Assembly: GCA_000004695.1 (NCBI GenBank)
Contig: CM000152.2
Span: 5,696,001 to 5,760,000 of the forward strand
Direction: 5' to 3'
DNA from: Dictyostelium discoideum
Lineage: Eukaryota
Length of the DNA: 64,000 bases
The stretch's first letter is position 1, and each line of letters starts with the position of its first letter. This document shows positions 12,535 through 25,346 of this stretch, piece after piece. The notes beneath the pieces were generated by a model. It saw only the letters and a program-made list of their open reading frames with translations, was not told the origin of the DNA and ran no database searches. The position numbers and the translations under genes were made by a program.

Positions 12535-13687
12535 TTAACTCAACTTCATCAACCTATATGGGCAGACTCATAATGGCAAAAACATATGCACTATCTCAGT
12601 TAACGTTCCACACTTACATCAACACCACACCACAACACAATAGTATTGAAAATAACATCGTAAAATTTGTTTTCAACACAAAATCTAAAAACTCTCTTTC
12701 ACTACAAAGAAGACAAAACAACTATATCAATGGTGGCCTAAACTTATGGAACCTGAAGACAAGAGAACTAGCACAGAAAGCATGGCTATTCGAAAGATAC
12801 CTCCACCAAAGAGTAAGTAACACTCCTAGTTCATATATAAAACTGTGGGAAGAGGAACTCAAAAACAACAACAACAACAAAACAACAACAAAACAAAAGC
12901 AACTACAACTACACTGGCAATGCAAGCAAGCATGGACCCAATTAAAAACTCCACAAAATAAACAAACACATTACGAACACCTCCCAAAATTAAAAAAAAT
13001 ATACGAGGATATGATGACAACTCAATCTCCTGAACACAACAAATTCATACCAACTCCTGGCCAAAAAGAAATAATGACCAAAATTAATAGCAAACACCTT
13101 CCATTTAAAGAAATCAAAAAAATAATAAACATGAAAGGTAGAGATCTATTATGGAGATACACACTGAAAGCACTACCAAAAATATACAACATGCCATGCC
13201 AACAGTGTGGGGAAGATGAGACTTCAGAACATATATTCTTCAACTGCAAAGCCCACATCAAAAACACACAAGAAATCTTCAACTACACCCTAACTAAGTG
13301 TGGACACACCACTCACACCTGGAATGTGAAGATTTTAAACCATCTACAAATTGCACTAGTAGCCAATTTAATAGCTATTATATTCGAAAAAATCTGGCAC
13401 AAAAGAAATAAACTCATTCACGATGAAAAAGAAATAATAATTCACAGACAACAAGTCATACGTGAACTAATTAAAACACAAAGAGCTGCATGGGACAGGA
13501 CACAAGCGGTTATAAACAAAACATTAAGAATCAAATCAAAGCAACGGCCAGAAGAACAAAATAAATTAGACTCACTAATCTCGCTAAAGCTATTACAATT
13601 TAGCAGACAATGGAACTCACCTCTTCATGCAATAGAACTTCCTAAACATCTCAAAAAATACAATAATTCACTCAGTACTTTCTATAA

Positions 13688-13739
<52 letters not shown>

Positions 13740-14031
13740 GGAACCCAAGTTAATCAGAAAATTTCCAGATTTTTAACTTTTTAAAGAAAAATAAAAAAGA
13801 TAGAAAGAAAATAAAATGAAAATCACAAACAACACCACAAATATTAAGCAACACAAATGCCTACAAAAAATAAGCGAAATTGTGGATAAAACTCAATTAA
13901 AAAAAAAACAATTCAAATACGTCATAAACATCAATCACGAACCAGACGATAAAATAAAAAAAGATTTAGAAAAAAGTTTGGACAAAAAAGATGTTTTAAT
14001 CAAAAGTAATAATACAATTCAAAATTCGAAA

Positions 14032-14069
<38 letters not shown>

Positions 14070-14205
14070 TAAACCAACCCCTCTTTTAGAGACCCTGTAA
14101 AAAAAAAAAAAATAAAATAAAATAAAATGAGATCTAGCATCTCAAGGAGAAGCAAATAATAATTGCGTTATCCAATTCAAAAAAAAAAAATCTATAAAAT
14201 TAATA
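12535..14205 (+). mobile_element. Second 5'-truncated TRE5-like non-LTR element, type 'B': ORF2 C-terminal fragment (12558..13691, 377 aa) + A48 + ~400-bp 3' module + A24 + terminal ...gcaaataataattgcgttatccaattc-A12
   Basis: ORF is homologous to, but clearly diverged from, the 11092 ORF (ALSQLTFHTYIN, GGLNLWN, KGRDLLWRYTLKALPK, CQQCGEDETSEHIFFNCK, WHKRN, AWDRT). Bounded by target-site duplicates aaaattaata at 12525-12534 and tctataaaattaata at 14191-14205. Confidence 0.6.
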
Positions 14206-14252
14206 GACCCGGAACACTTCATACCATACTGCTCATATAACACCAACTACTC

Positions 14253-14283
<31 letters not shown>

Positions 14284-14338
14284 AACAATAATAATAATAA
14301 TAATAATATAATAATAATAATAATAAAATAATAATAAT

Positions 14339-14372
<34 letters not shown>

Positions 14373-14385
14373 TAAGAATAACAAG

Positions 14386-14437
<52 letters not shown>

Positions 14438-14498
14438 AAACTCTCCTAGAACACACTCAAATTGAGTGATGTTATTAAAAAAAAAAAAAAAATTAATA
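14206..14498 (+). mobile_element. Third, severely 5'-truncated type-'A' TRE5-like tail (last 16 codons of ORF2 + tail), near-identical to 12225..12534
   Basis: ggaacacttcataccatactgctcatataacaccaactactcataa + A-run + (AATAAT)n + ...caaataaactctcctagaacacactcaaattgagtgatgttatt-A16, then the target duplicate aaaattaata (14489-14498), then unique flank. Confidence 0.6.
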
Positions 14499-14801
14499 GA
14501 TATTAAATATGCTTATTACATTACTAATTATAGTTGACACACATTTAAATAATATAATAATAATAATAATAATAATACTGTCAACTCATTATAAATAATA
14601 TAAATACTAAAGAATAATTTTATTAACAATATTGAATATCATAAAATATATATTAATATTAAATAAAGATAACAAAATATTATTCAATTATATAATTATT
14701 AATTATATATATTATAAAGTTAACAAGCTTCATTACATTTTGAAGTAAATGCTCAAACAAGTTTTATATCAAATAATTTTATTTTTTTATCAATTTTATT
14801 T

Positions 14802-16216
14802 TTAAATGCAAGTGGGTATGTAACAACATTTCCCGCAATCATTTGGATCCGCCTCATTATAACAAAATGGAGCCAGTATATATTTACACTTTGAACCTTC
14901 TGATTTTTCACAATCCAAAGAATCACAAGATAAACAATCTGATTGAAATTTAATACATTTTGGTCGAATTTTATCAGATAAGTGGTAGTGTTCCACGCAA
15001 ACTGAGTCGTGTGGACAGGTATAATTTTGGCAAATGGATTTATGAGGTATATTTATTTCTTCGATTGGAACTGTAATAATAATGTGTGACCCATCAACAA
15101 TATACCCAGATGATTGATAACCGGTATCAATGCTAGAAGTTGGGTCGCTAGTATAAAATGATGTTGAGGTGGCTGATCCTGTTGTTGGAGTTGTTGTTGC
15201 TGATCCTGTTGTTGATCCTGTTGTTGGAGTTGTTGTTGCTGATCCTGTTGTTGATCCTGTTGTTGATCCTGTTGTTGCTAATCCTGTTGTTGGAGTTGTT
15301 GCTGATCCTGTTGTTGCTGATCCTGTTGTTGCTGATCCTGTTGTTGCTGATCCTGTTGTTGCTGATCCTGTTGTCGGAGTTGAAGAAGCTGTTATTGTTG
15401 TTTCTTTGCCTGTTGTTGAAGTTTTTGAGGTTGTAGTAGATGCTAGTCCTGTACTTGAAGTTAATGTCGATCCAGTTGTTTTTCCTGTACTTGAAGCTGG
15501 AGTAGTAGTCTTTCCTATTGTTGATCCAGTTGTAGAGGTAGTAGTCTTTCCTATTGTTGTTAAAGTTGTTGAAGTAGGGGTCTTTCCTACTGTTGATCCA
15601 GTTGTAGGGGTAGTAGTCTTTCCTATTGTTGATCCAGTTGTAGAGGTAGTAGTCTTTCCTATTGTCGTTAAAGTTGTAAAGGAAGGGATCTTTCCTATTG
15701 TTGTTAAAGCTGTTGAAGTAGTGGCCTTTCCAGTTGTTGAAGTTGAAGGTGCTGTAGTGGTAGTTGTAGGTGATGTAGTGGTAGTTGTAGGTGATGTAGT
15801 GGTAGTTGTGGGTGATGTAGTGGTAGTAGTTGTTAATGTTGTGGGTGATGTGGTGGTGGTGGTTGTAGCTCCTGTTGTTGAAGTTGTAGGTGATGCAGTT
15901 GTTGTTATTGTTGTTGTTGTTGTTTTTCCTATAGTTGGTCCTACAGTTGTTGTAGAGGTTGTGGGTGATGTGGTAGTTGTTGTTCCTGTAGTTGTGGAAG
16001 TTGTAGGTGATGTGATGGTTGTTGCCCCTGTAGTTGTAGGTGATGTGGTGGTTGTTGTTGCTCCTGTAGTTGTAGGTGATGTGGTGGTTGTTGTTGCTCC
16101 TGTAGTTGTTAAAGTAGTGGTCTTTCCTGTTGTTGATACATTAGTTGTTGAAGTTGTAGGTGATGTAGTGGTTGTTGTTGTTCCTGTAGTTGTTGATGTT
16201 GTGGGTGATATAGTGG

Positions 16217-16254
<38 letters not shown>

Positions 16255-16272
16255 GCTGTTGTTGTTGTTGCT

Positions 16273-16305
<33 letters not shown>

Positions 16306-17232
16306 CCAGTAGTTGTAGAGGTTGTAGGTGATGTTGTTGTTGCTCCTGAAGTTGTGGATGAAGTAGCCATTCCTGTTGTATTTGTTATTGTAGTGGTCCC
16401 CACACATTGTGGAGTTTTTGAGCAACAATGAGATCCTAAACATTGTGTGGTTTGGACATACTCACATGGTGATCCTTGACAGTCAATTTCTGAACATTTT
16501 TGAGCTTTAATTTTAAATAAAAAAAAAAAAAATAAAAAAAAAATTAGGGGTTATTTTTATTTTTTTTAATTAATCACTAATTTCATAAAATACTTACGAG
16601 GTATGTTATAAACTTCAAAATCTTTTTGAGGTATACATATAGACCAAAGCTCGATGATTTGATTAGTTGATTTTTGAATGACACATGATAAATTATTTCT
16701 ATAACAATGATTCAAAGGATCATTTATACATACATTAACTTGTTGACCACAACAACCAGGAAATACCAACCATTTACAATTGGGGTAGTATGAATTACAA
16801 TTTTGTTCAACGGTAATATCTTCACAATCAACTATTTAATAATAATTTTTAATTTTAATTTTTTTTTTTTTTTTTTTTTTTTTAACTAATAATTATTATT
16901 ATTTACTTACAATCATTTCTTGGGAGAGTTGTTCGTCCAAGATTTGTTGGCGCAAAACTGGGTGAGCATGTGTCATCTATGCAACTGGTTCCCTCTGGAC
17001 ATAAATTTGTAAGTGTACATGACCCATTGAAACACATATTTTTTAGGCAACCATTATCGTTGGTAGTGTCACATTCTACTGATGAGTATCGACATCCTTT
17101 TCCTTCAACACAAGATTCTATTGTACATGGATCGGAATCATCACATTTCAATTTACTGCAAGGTTCAATTGAATTTACTAAATAAAATAATAAAAATAAA
17201 TTAATAATTAATAAAAAAATTATTTTTAATTT

Positions 17233-17235
<3 letters not shown>
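14802..17235 (-). CDS. Secreted cysteine-rich (EGF-like) + Thr/Gly/Ser-rich mucin-like extracellular protein, 3 exons: complement(join(14802..16504,16598..16831,16911..17235)), ~753 aa
   Basis: Exon 1 has a signal peptide (MKLKIIFLLIINLFLLFYLVNS) and Cys-rich modules (EPCSKLKCDDSDPCTIESCVEGKGCRYSSVECD...). Exon 2 is Cys-rich (DCEDITVEQNCNSYYPNCKWLVFPGCCGQQVNVCINDP...). Exon 3 is a ~450-aa Thr-rich (TTTG/TTSP) mucin-like region plus a C-terminal Cys-rich domain. Donors GTAAGT x2; acceptors AATAG and TAAAG. Confidence 0.7.

Positions 17236-17323
<88 letters not shown>
17236..17323. repeat. ~88-nt homopolymeric dT tract immediately 5' (on the coding strand, poly-dA) of the mucin-like gene start codon
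   Basis: Uninterrupted T run from 17236 to ~17323. Confidence 0.9.
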
Positions 17324-18263
17324 CTAATTATAGATATGTCAAATAAAAATCAAAAATTTAAAATAAAGATGAAATAAAATAAAATTAAAACAAAACAATT
17401 ATATAATTATTTATTATGCTTATAAATTAATTATTTCTTTTAAAGTAGTCCAAAAAATAAAAAATAAAAAAAAAAAAAAAAAAAAAAGTAAAAATATTAT
17501 TAAATGTAAAAATATTATTATTATTTTAAATGAATAAATTTGTAAATTGGATTATTTATCAAATTTTTTTAAAATTTTTTAAAAAAAAAAAAAAATTTAC
17601 GATTGCTATGTAATAAATGTTTATTAAAATTTTTTTTTTTTTTTTCTTTTTATTTGATTTAGGTTGGTGTGTGCTAAAAAAAAAAAATAATATTAAAAAA
17701 AAAAAAAAAATAATATTAAAAAAAAAAAATAATAGTAATATAAAAATAAATTTATACATATAAATTCATTGCAAATATAATTATAATGTTATAGAAATAA
17801 TAATTTTGACATTTTTATTTATGTGTTTGATTTGTTTATTGTGACATTTTTTTTTGAAAAAAATTTTTTTTTTATTTTTTTTTTTTTATTTTATTTTAAA
17901 TTTACATAAGAAAATTTTTTTTGTTTAATTAATTTTGTCCAAAAAGGGTTAATTATATATACCCTTCTTCAATTCATAGAAATTAAATAATAATACTGTT
18001 TCGGAAAACTTTTTTTGACAGTTGATTTTTTTTTTTTTTTTTAAAATTTTTTTTTTTTATTTTTTTTTTTTCAAATTTTTTTTTTTTTTTTAAATTTTTA
18101 TTTTTATTTTTTTTTTGTCTCATTAAATTATCTTTTTTTTTTCAAACTTTATTTTTTTTTTTTCATTTTCAAATTAAATCTGAACCGATTGTTTTTTTTT
18201 TTTTTATTTTTTTTTTTCATTTTTTTGTAAAAAAAAAAAAAAATATAAATATATAAAGAAAAA

Positions 18264-21026
18264 ATGACTAAAAAAGGTAAAAAAACACACATACACACAT
18301 ATATAGATATTTATGGTGCACATTCTAATAATAATTTAATTAATTATTTATTATATTTATAGATATGCAATTATCAGCAGATGAACTTGCACAAATAACA
18401 CCATCAAAACCAAAAAGAATATCAATTCCATCAATAAAATCACCAATTGGAAAAAGAAAAAATACTGAAGAAGATGATGAAAATCATCAAACAACTACAA
18501 CAACCACAACAACAACAACAACAGAAGAAGATTCTCTAAATAAAAAACAAAAACTTAATACTGAAAATAATATTACATCAACAGATAACAACAATAATAA
18601 TCACAATAATACAGAAACAACAACAACAACAACAAAAGCACCATTAAAATTAAAAATTAAACTTTCTTCTCCACCAACACCAAATAATAATAATAATAAT
18701 AATAATAATACAACAACATCAAATAATACAGATTCAACAATGTTATCACCATCAAAAGATGATAATAATAATAAAATTAAATCACCAAGAGGATCAAAGA
18801 AAAAAGAAAAAGCAAATGTAGTTATTGATTCAACAGATGAAGAAAGAGAGTTGAAAAAAGCAGAGAAGAAACAAAAACGTCAATCTAAAAAAGAACAAAA
18901 AGAAAGAGAACAAAAAGAAAAGGAGGAATCTAAACATATAGATATTAGTGGTGATGATAATGGCGGTGGTGGTGAGGGAGAGGAGGATGAGGAGGAGGAT
19001 GATGATGGAAATCACAATTTCATTTCAACACCACCATTATTAGATCCAAATACTGATAGGGAAGAAATTGATAGAGAAAAGAAGAAAAGAGAAGAAGTTG
19101 AGGATACTGAAATTCAAAATACTCCACAAGAGAAACTCAATCATTATAAGAAAATATTTGGACAAATCATTCAACTTTTAATGAAAAAGGATACACATGG
19201 TTTCTTTTATTCACCAGTGACTGAGCAAATTGCACCAAATTATTTTAAATACATTAGAGAACCAATGGATTTCGAAACCATGTTAAAAAAGAATAAAGAG
19301 TTTCGTTATTTAAATATTGATAAATTTCAATACGATTTCACACTAATTTGTGAGAATTGTATGAAATATAATGATTCAGCTTCAGTTTATTATAAAGAAG
19401 CCAAAAGATTATTAACCAATGGTAGATCAATCATTCAATCATTTCGTTCAAAAGTTGAATCAACTGAAGGTAAACCATTGGCAATTGGTCCTGTTACTGC
19501 TGTCCCTTCTGCTGCAACCTTAAGAGAAAGAGAAAGAAAAGCAAATCAAATTTATAATCCTCCTTCACCTTCAACTAATAACATTATAACTACTACCAAT
19601 AACAACACTACTACAGCTACAACAACAACAACAACAACACCATCAAAAAGAGCTCAAAGAGGTAGGAAAAAGAAAGAAGAGTCATCAGAAGAAGAATTAT
19701 CAGAAGAGGAAGAAGAGGAAGAGGAAGAAGGTGGTGGTGAAGAGGTTGGTGGTAAAAGTGGTGCAGAAGAAAAAAAAGGTGAGGAGGAGGAGGAGGAAGA
19801 AGAAATTGAGGAAGAAGAGGAGGAGGAAGGTGGTGATAAGGTTAAAAATGGGGGTAGTGGTGGCGTTGGTGGTGATAAAACTGCAGGTGGTGGTGGCGGT
19901 GGTAATGGTGGTGAAAAACTATCAAGATACAAGATAAAGAAACAACAAGCGGCCGCCGCAGCAGCAGCACAACAGGCAGCACAACATGCAGCACAACAAG
20001 CGGCAGCAGCACAACAACAAGCAGCTCAACAACAAGCAGCAGCAGTACAACAACAACAACAATTGATTCAACAAGCAATGTTACAACAACAGGCACAAAT
20101 GCAAATAAACCAACGTTTCTATGGTTTACCAGCCGTAATTCCAAGTAATTCACCAATCCAACAAAATGTTTATTTAGAACCAACTCAATACACTCAACGA
20201 CCTACCAAACAATCATTACCAAAGAGAAAGTATGTAAAGATTGATTTACAACCAAAAGTACAATCACCACCAGAATCTTTAAAAACTTCATTCTCTCTCA
20301 TTAAATCGATTAGTGATGATGCAAATGTATTGATTTCACCAGCTTCAAGCTTTAAACCTGCCGTATACAATATGTATGTTCCAATAGTTGGTAATACACC
20401 AATTGGTTCTTATCAAGTACTTGGTCAAAATATTGAACCAAATTTTTTAAAAATTAATGAATTACCAAATTTAATTGAACAACCACAACCACAACCAATA
20501 AAAGATATTACTGAACCAATGATTATTGAATCATCACAACAACCACAACAACAACCACAACAACAACCACAACAACAAGATGCGAATAATACTACAACAA
20601 CAACAACAACAACTTTACCAACCGAAAGTACCGAAAATCAAGTAGAAATTCAAGTAGAGATACCAAATACTACTACTACCAATACTACTCAACAACCACC
20701 ATTAGAACAATCACAAGAACAACAACAGCAACAACAACAACAACCACTTGAATCAATGAATACTCAAATTGATGGAAATGATACAACTACACCTCAAACT
20801 CAAATTGAAGTTGAAACACTTCAACAACAATTACAACAATTACAACAGCAACAAATAGTTGAAGTTCAAAAAGCGGCCGAATTACAAAAAATGTTTAGAG
20901 AACCATTTATTCCAAACCCAGATTTAGTTGAACAAATGGGTATTGATAAACCAGTTTTATTTAATGAAATTCCAAATTATCTTTCAATTAAATATAAATT
21001 AAATGATAATAGTAATAATAATAATA

Positions 21027-21125
<99 letters not shown>

Positions 21126-21975
21126 GTTTTATAAAATCAGATGAACAAAAATCAATATTTAAAAATGATATTCCAATTGAATTAATACCAAATGAAACTA
21201 TTCAATTTTTAAATCAACAAATGTCAAGTCTTATAAAGAGTGGTAGTTTTAATTTTAATAAAGAAATCAATGATTCAATTCAAAGTAAAACTCAAACTTA
21301 TATTGAAAATCGTATTCAACAAACAAGTGCTTCTGAAGTTTCAATTGATACTGATCAATTTAAACAAGTTGGTGAAATTTTAAAGAGTAAAGGTGTCGAT
21401 ATTGAATTTTTAAATTCATTAATAGTTTCAACTCCACCATTACAAACTAATGAAAATATTACTTCACCTTCATTAAATAATCAACAACAACCACAACAAC
21501 AGCAACAACAACAACAACAAGATGTAAATAATAATAACAACACTAATACTAATCAAACTCAACAATCATCACCACAATTACAGCCAATGCAAATTGAAAC
21601 AACTACAACAACAAATAATAATACTACAACAACAAGTTTAACAACATCACCAGTAACACCAAATACATTATTACTTCAAGAACATCAAGAACAATTTATT
21701 CAAACTTTTAATCAAATTTTAAGAGAAAATTATGAAGAGTTATTTAGATTACAAGTTTCACAATATCATAGAAATGGTTTCCCAAGAGCTTCAGAGGATG
21801 AATTCCAAAAAATTTCAACCGTTACTGAAAATATTAAAGCCATCGGATTACAATTACCACCTTCTGCTTTAGTTAGTTCAAAGAAATCCTTAAGACAAGC
21901 TATAGCTAAAAGTGGTTTATTCATTGGCTCTGGTAGAAGACCAAGAATTTCTAATAATAATAATATGGATGAATA

Positions 21976-21976
<1 letters not shown>
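18264..21976 (+). CDS. Bromodomain-containing protein (BRD7/9/BRPF-like bromodomain), join(18264..18276,18363..21976), ~1208 aa, with poly-Asn, poly-Gln, poly-Ala and poly-Glu tracts
   Basis: Bromodomain IIQLLMKKDTHGFFYSPVTEQIAPNYFKYIREPMDFETMLKKNKEFRYLNIDKFQYDFTLICENCMKYNDSASVYYKEAKRL. Putative 13-nt first exon ATGACTAAAAAAG + GTAAAA donor, TTTATAG acceptor at 18362, in frame. If the micro-exon is not used, the CDS starts at the ATG at 18365. Confidence 0.75.
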
Positions 21977-22012
<36 letters not shown>

Positions 22013-22471
22013 ATAGAAAAAACTAAAAATAATAAAAAAAAAAAAAAAATATACACCTTCCCCGAAACAATGAAATTTTATTAATAAAAAAAAAAAAAAT
22101 AGAAGAAAATCAAGAAGAAAAACCACTTTTAAAATAGATTTGTCAAATCTAAGGTTTTTTTTTTTTTTTTTTTGAAAAAATAGATTCTTTTATTTTAAAA
22201 ATCACTTGATTCTTTCTTGTAACGGAATTCAGCCAATAACAAAATTTTTGGATTTTTTTTTTTTTTTTCTTTTTTTTTTTTTTTGTTGACCGAAAAAAAA
22301 AAAAAAAAAAAATATTAATGGGTCAAATCATATATCATAGTTTTTTAAAAAAAAGATTTTTTAATTTAATCGTTTTGAATGATTATAGTGGAGGAATGAA
22401 ATTGGTTAACCAAGCAAATTCTAATTTTAATATTTTTTTTTATTTTTATTTTTTTTAATTTTTCAAGAAAG

Positions 22472-22502
<31 letters not shown>

Positions 22503-23384
22503 ACAATAGATAGTTTTATAATCTTGTTTCTATCCAAAAAAAAATAATTAATTATTTTTTTTTTTCAATAACCTTTTTTTAGTATAAAGGTAAGTAATCA
22601 AAAAAAAAAAAAATTAAAAAGATTTTTTTTTTATTATTTTATTTTATTTTATTTTAAACTTAGATATACCCTTCTTCATTATTATTCAAAAAATTGTTTT
22701 AAAAATATTTGACCTTTTTTTTTTTTTTAATTTTATTACTTTTTTGTTTTAATCAATGTTTTTTTTTTTTTTTTTTTTAAAGGAGCATATTGTTTGTGTT
22801 AAACATGACAAATTTGTTTTCTTTTAATTAATTAGATATACTTTTTCATTTTAAAAGTTTTTTTAAAATCTATTCAAATATTATGGAAACAATATCTTGA
22901 TTTTAATTAAATTATCAAAATATTAACCAAAAAAAAAAAAATTACCATTTTTGTATTGTGGGGGTTTAAAAAATTTGTAAGTCAAAAAGATTAGATTTTT
23001 TTTTTTTTTTTTAAAAACAATATTTACCACACTTTGATTTGAAAAAAAAAAAAAATCACAATTTTTTTTTTTTTTTTTTTATAACCAAAAGTGTCATCAA
23101 TCAAATATTTGATTTATTTACAACTAATTGTGATATAAAGTGTTAAATAAGAAATATGATTTAGTTTTTATTTTAATTGTTTTTTTTATTATTTTAATTT
23201 TTTATTTATTTTATTTAAACTTTTAAAATAAATATTTTTTAGTTGACTTAGGTCACGTTGTACCACTCATTCTTTTTCTTTTTTTTTTTTGTTTTTTTCA
23301 GAAAACAAAAAAATAAATAAATAAATAAATAAAATAATAAAAGATAAAATGTAAAATAATTGAGCTATTCATCACTCATTTATA

Positions 23385-23475
23385 ATCATAAATCATTCTC
23401 GTGCCCACACACACCCACACACCCACACACACACACCACAACAACCTTTTTCCACTGGATCAACACATACTTTAA
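23385..23475. promoter_or_regulatory. C/A-rich block (CACACCC repeats; G-box/GBF-type CAE on the opposite strand) isolated in a 3.3-kb AT-rich intergenic region
   Basis: ctcgtgcccacacacacccacacacccacacacacacaccacaacaacc...; composition is unlike its surroundings. It resembles the Dictyostelium C,A-rich regulatory elements bound by G-box binding factor. Confidence 0.35.
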
Positions 23476-25346
23476 ACCACACATAACAAAACACACTTCC
23501 ACAAAAAAAAAAAAAAAATAAAAATAAAAATAAAAAAAAAAAAAATCCACATCAATACTTGTACTTTACTTTTTGTTATACTCTGTCGAGATATATTTGT
23601 TAAATGAATTTTAAAATAATTATGATCTAATCACACAACAAAAAGATTTTTTTTTTTTCTTTGGGGTTTTTTTCATTTATTTTAATTATTTTAATTATTT
23701 TGATTATTTATGGATAAATTTATTAATTTATTGATTTTTTTATTTTAAAACAAAAAAAAAAAAAAAAAATAAAATTTTAATTTCTTTTTTTGTATAAATT
23801 TTAAAATTTATTTATAGGTTATTAATTAATATGTTCAATATTATTTTAAAATAAAATTAAATAATTAAATAATTATAATTATAATAATAATAATAATAAT
23901 AACTGCCAAAATAAATATCGTCATATAAATTTTTTTTATAAATATAATTTTTTTCATCAATAAAAATTGATATAGAAATAGATTTAAAACTTAAAATAAT
24001 TATAGATAAAAAAAAAAAAAAAAAAAAAAAAAAAATAAAATCATTTTTTTTTGTTTTTTTTCTAATTTTAAATTTTCTAATTTATTTTAAAAAGTAGGTA
24101 TATAATAAAGGACTTTATATTTTTTTATTTATAATTTTTTTTTTTTTTTTATTAATTTTAAAAATTTATTTTATTTTAAAATAAAAAAAAAAAATAGTTT
24201 TGATTTATTTTTATAATTTTATTTTTATTTTTGGGCCTTAATATATTAATAATCCATTCATTTAATATAAAAAAAGGTAAATGACAAAAAAAAAAAAAAA
24301 AAATCACACAATGATTCTTTAAATAATATGGTCAAAATTATTGTAATATGGTTTTTTTTTTATTTTTTTTTTTATTTTTTTTTCAAATCACAATCATTCA
24401 CTAAATTTTTTTTTTTTTTATTTTACCTAAAGATTTTTTATTATAAAATAATCAAATAAATATACTCAAAAATGTAAAAAAAAAAAAAAACAAAAAAAAA
24501 AAAAAAAAAAAAAAAAAGAACCACACAATAAACTCTACATTTTAAATGCTTTTACAATATATGTAATCGTTTTAAAACATTCAATTAAAAAAAAAAAAAA
24601 AAAAATCACAACAACCCCACTTTTTTTTTTATAATTCAAACTTTTTTTTCTATTACACACTAGTACCCCTTTTACTTTTTTCTAATTAGCCCCCACTCAC
24701 TCATTCAAATTTAACATTAACATTTAGTAAAAAAAAAAAATAATAAAATAATTAAATTATTTAAAAAAAAATAATAATAAAAAAAAAAATAACAATTAAT
24801 TTTTTTTAATTGTTATTTTTTTTTTTTAATTATTTTTTTATTTTTGTTTAAAATTGGTTATCAAATTAATCAAAAAAAATAAACATTAATGTTGTTGTAA
24901 TTCGTGTGTGTGTGCTAATATTTATTACAGTTAAAAAAAAAAAAACAAAAACAAAAACAAAAACAAAAATAAACAAATTAAAGGTTATATAAATTTTTTA
25001 ATACTTGTATTTTTAAAAAAGTAAGAAAAATATTTTTTTTTTTTTTTTTTTCTTTTTCCTTTGTTTTAAATCAGTTAAAAGATAAATAATTATTATTTTT
25101 TTTTTTATTGGGTATAATTTTTATTTAGTGGTTAATTTAATTTATTTTATTTCATTTTTTTTTTTTTAAAAAATAAAAATAAAAAAATAAAAAATAATTT
25201 ATCTAATCAAAAAATTTTTCTTTTTTTTTTTTATTTAAAAATTAATTAATTAATTACATTAATGTAGTTTAATTTTTTTTTTTATTAAAATTTTTTTTGT
25301 AATTTTATTTTTTTAAGAACGGAAAAGAAAATAAAATAAAAAAAAA

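Noticed and set aside
13816-14100. 94-aa Lys-rich ORF (MKITNNTTNIKQHK...) between the two oligo(A) runs of the type-B retroelement
   Set aside because: It lies inside the 3' non-coding module of the element, is extremely Lys/Asn-biased, ends in a poly(A)-encoded Lys run and has no independent support; treated as part of the element's 3' region.
15169-16431. 420-aa ORF (MADPVVGVVVADPVV...) on the plus strand
   Set aside because: It is the antisense reading of the Thr-rich (ACN-repeat) mucin-like exon on the minus strand. The ACC/ACT repeats have no stops in the complementary GGT/AGT frame. The minus-strand reading has a signal peptide, Cys-rich domains and spliced upstream exons, so the plus ORF is a mirror artefact.
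21007-21125. Long (AAT)n and similar trinucleotide arrays (21007..21125, 30830..30980, 57620..57730, 58030..58215) considered as possible CRISPR-like or satellite arrays
   Set aside because: They are simple in-frame trinucleotide repeats inside eukaryotic coding exons (poly-Asn), with no repeat-spacer structure. This is a eukaryotic genome, so CRISPR does not apply.
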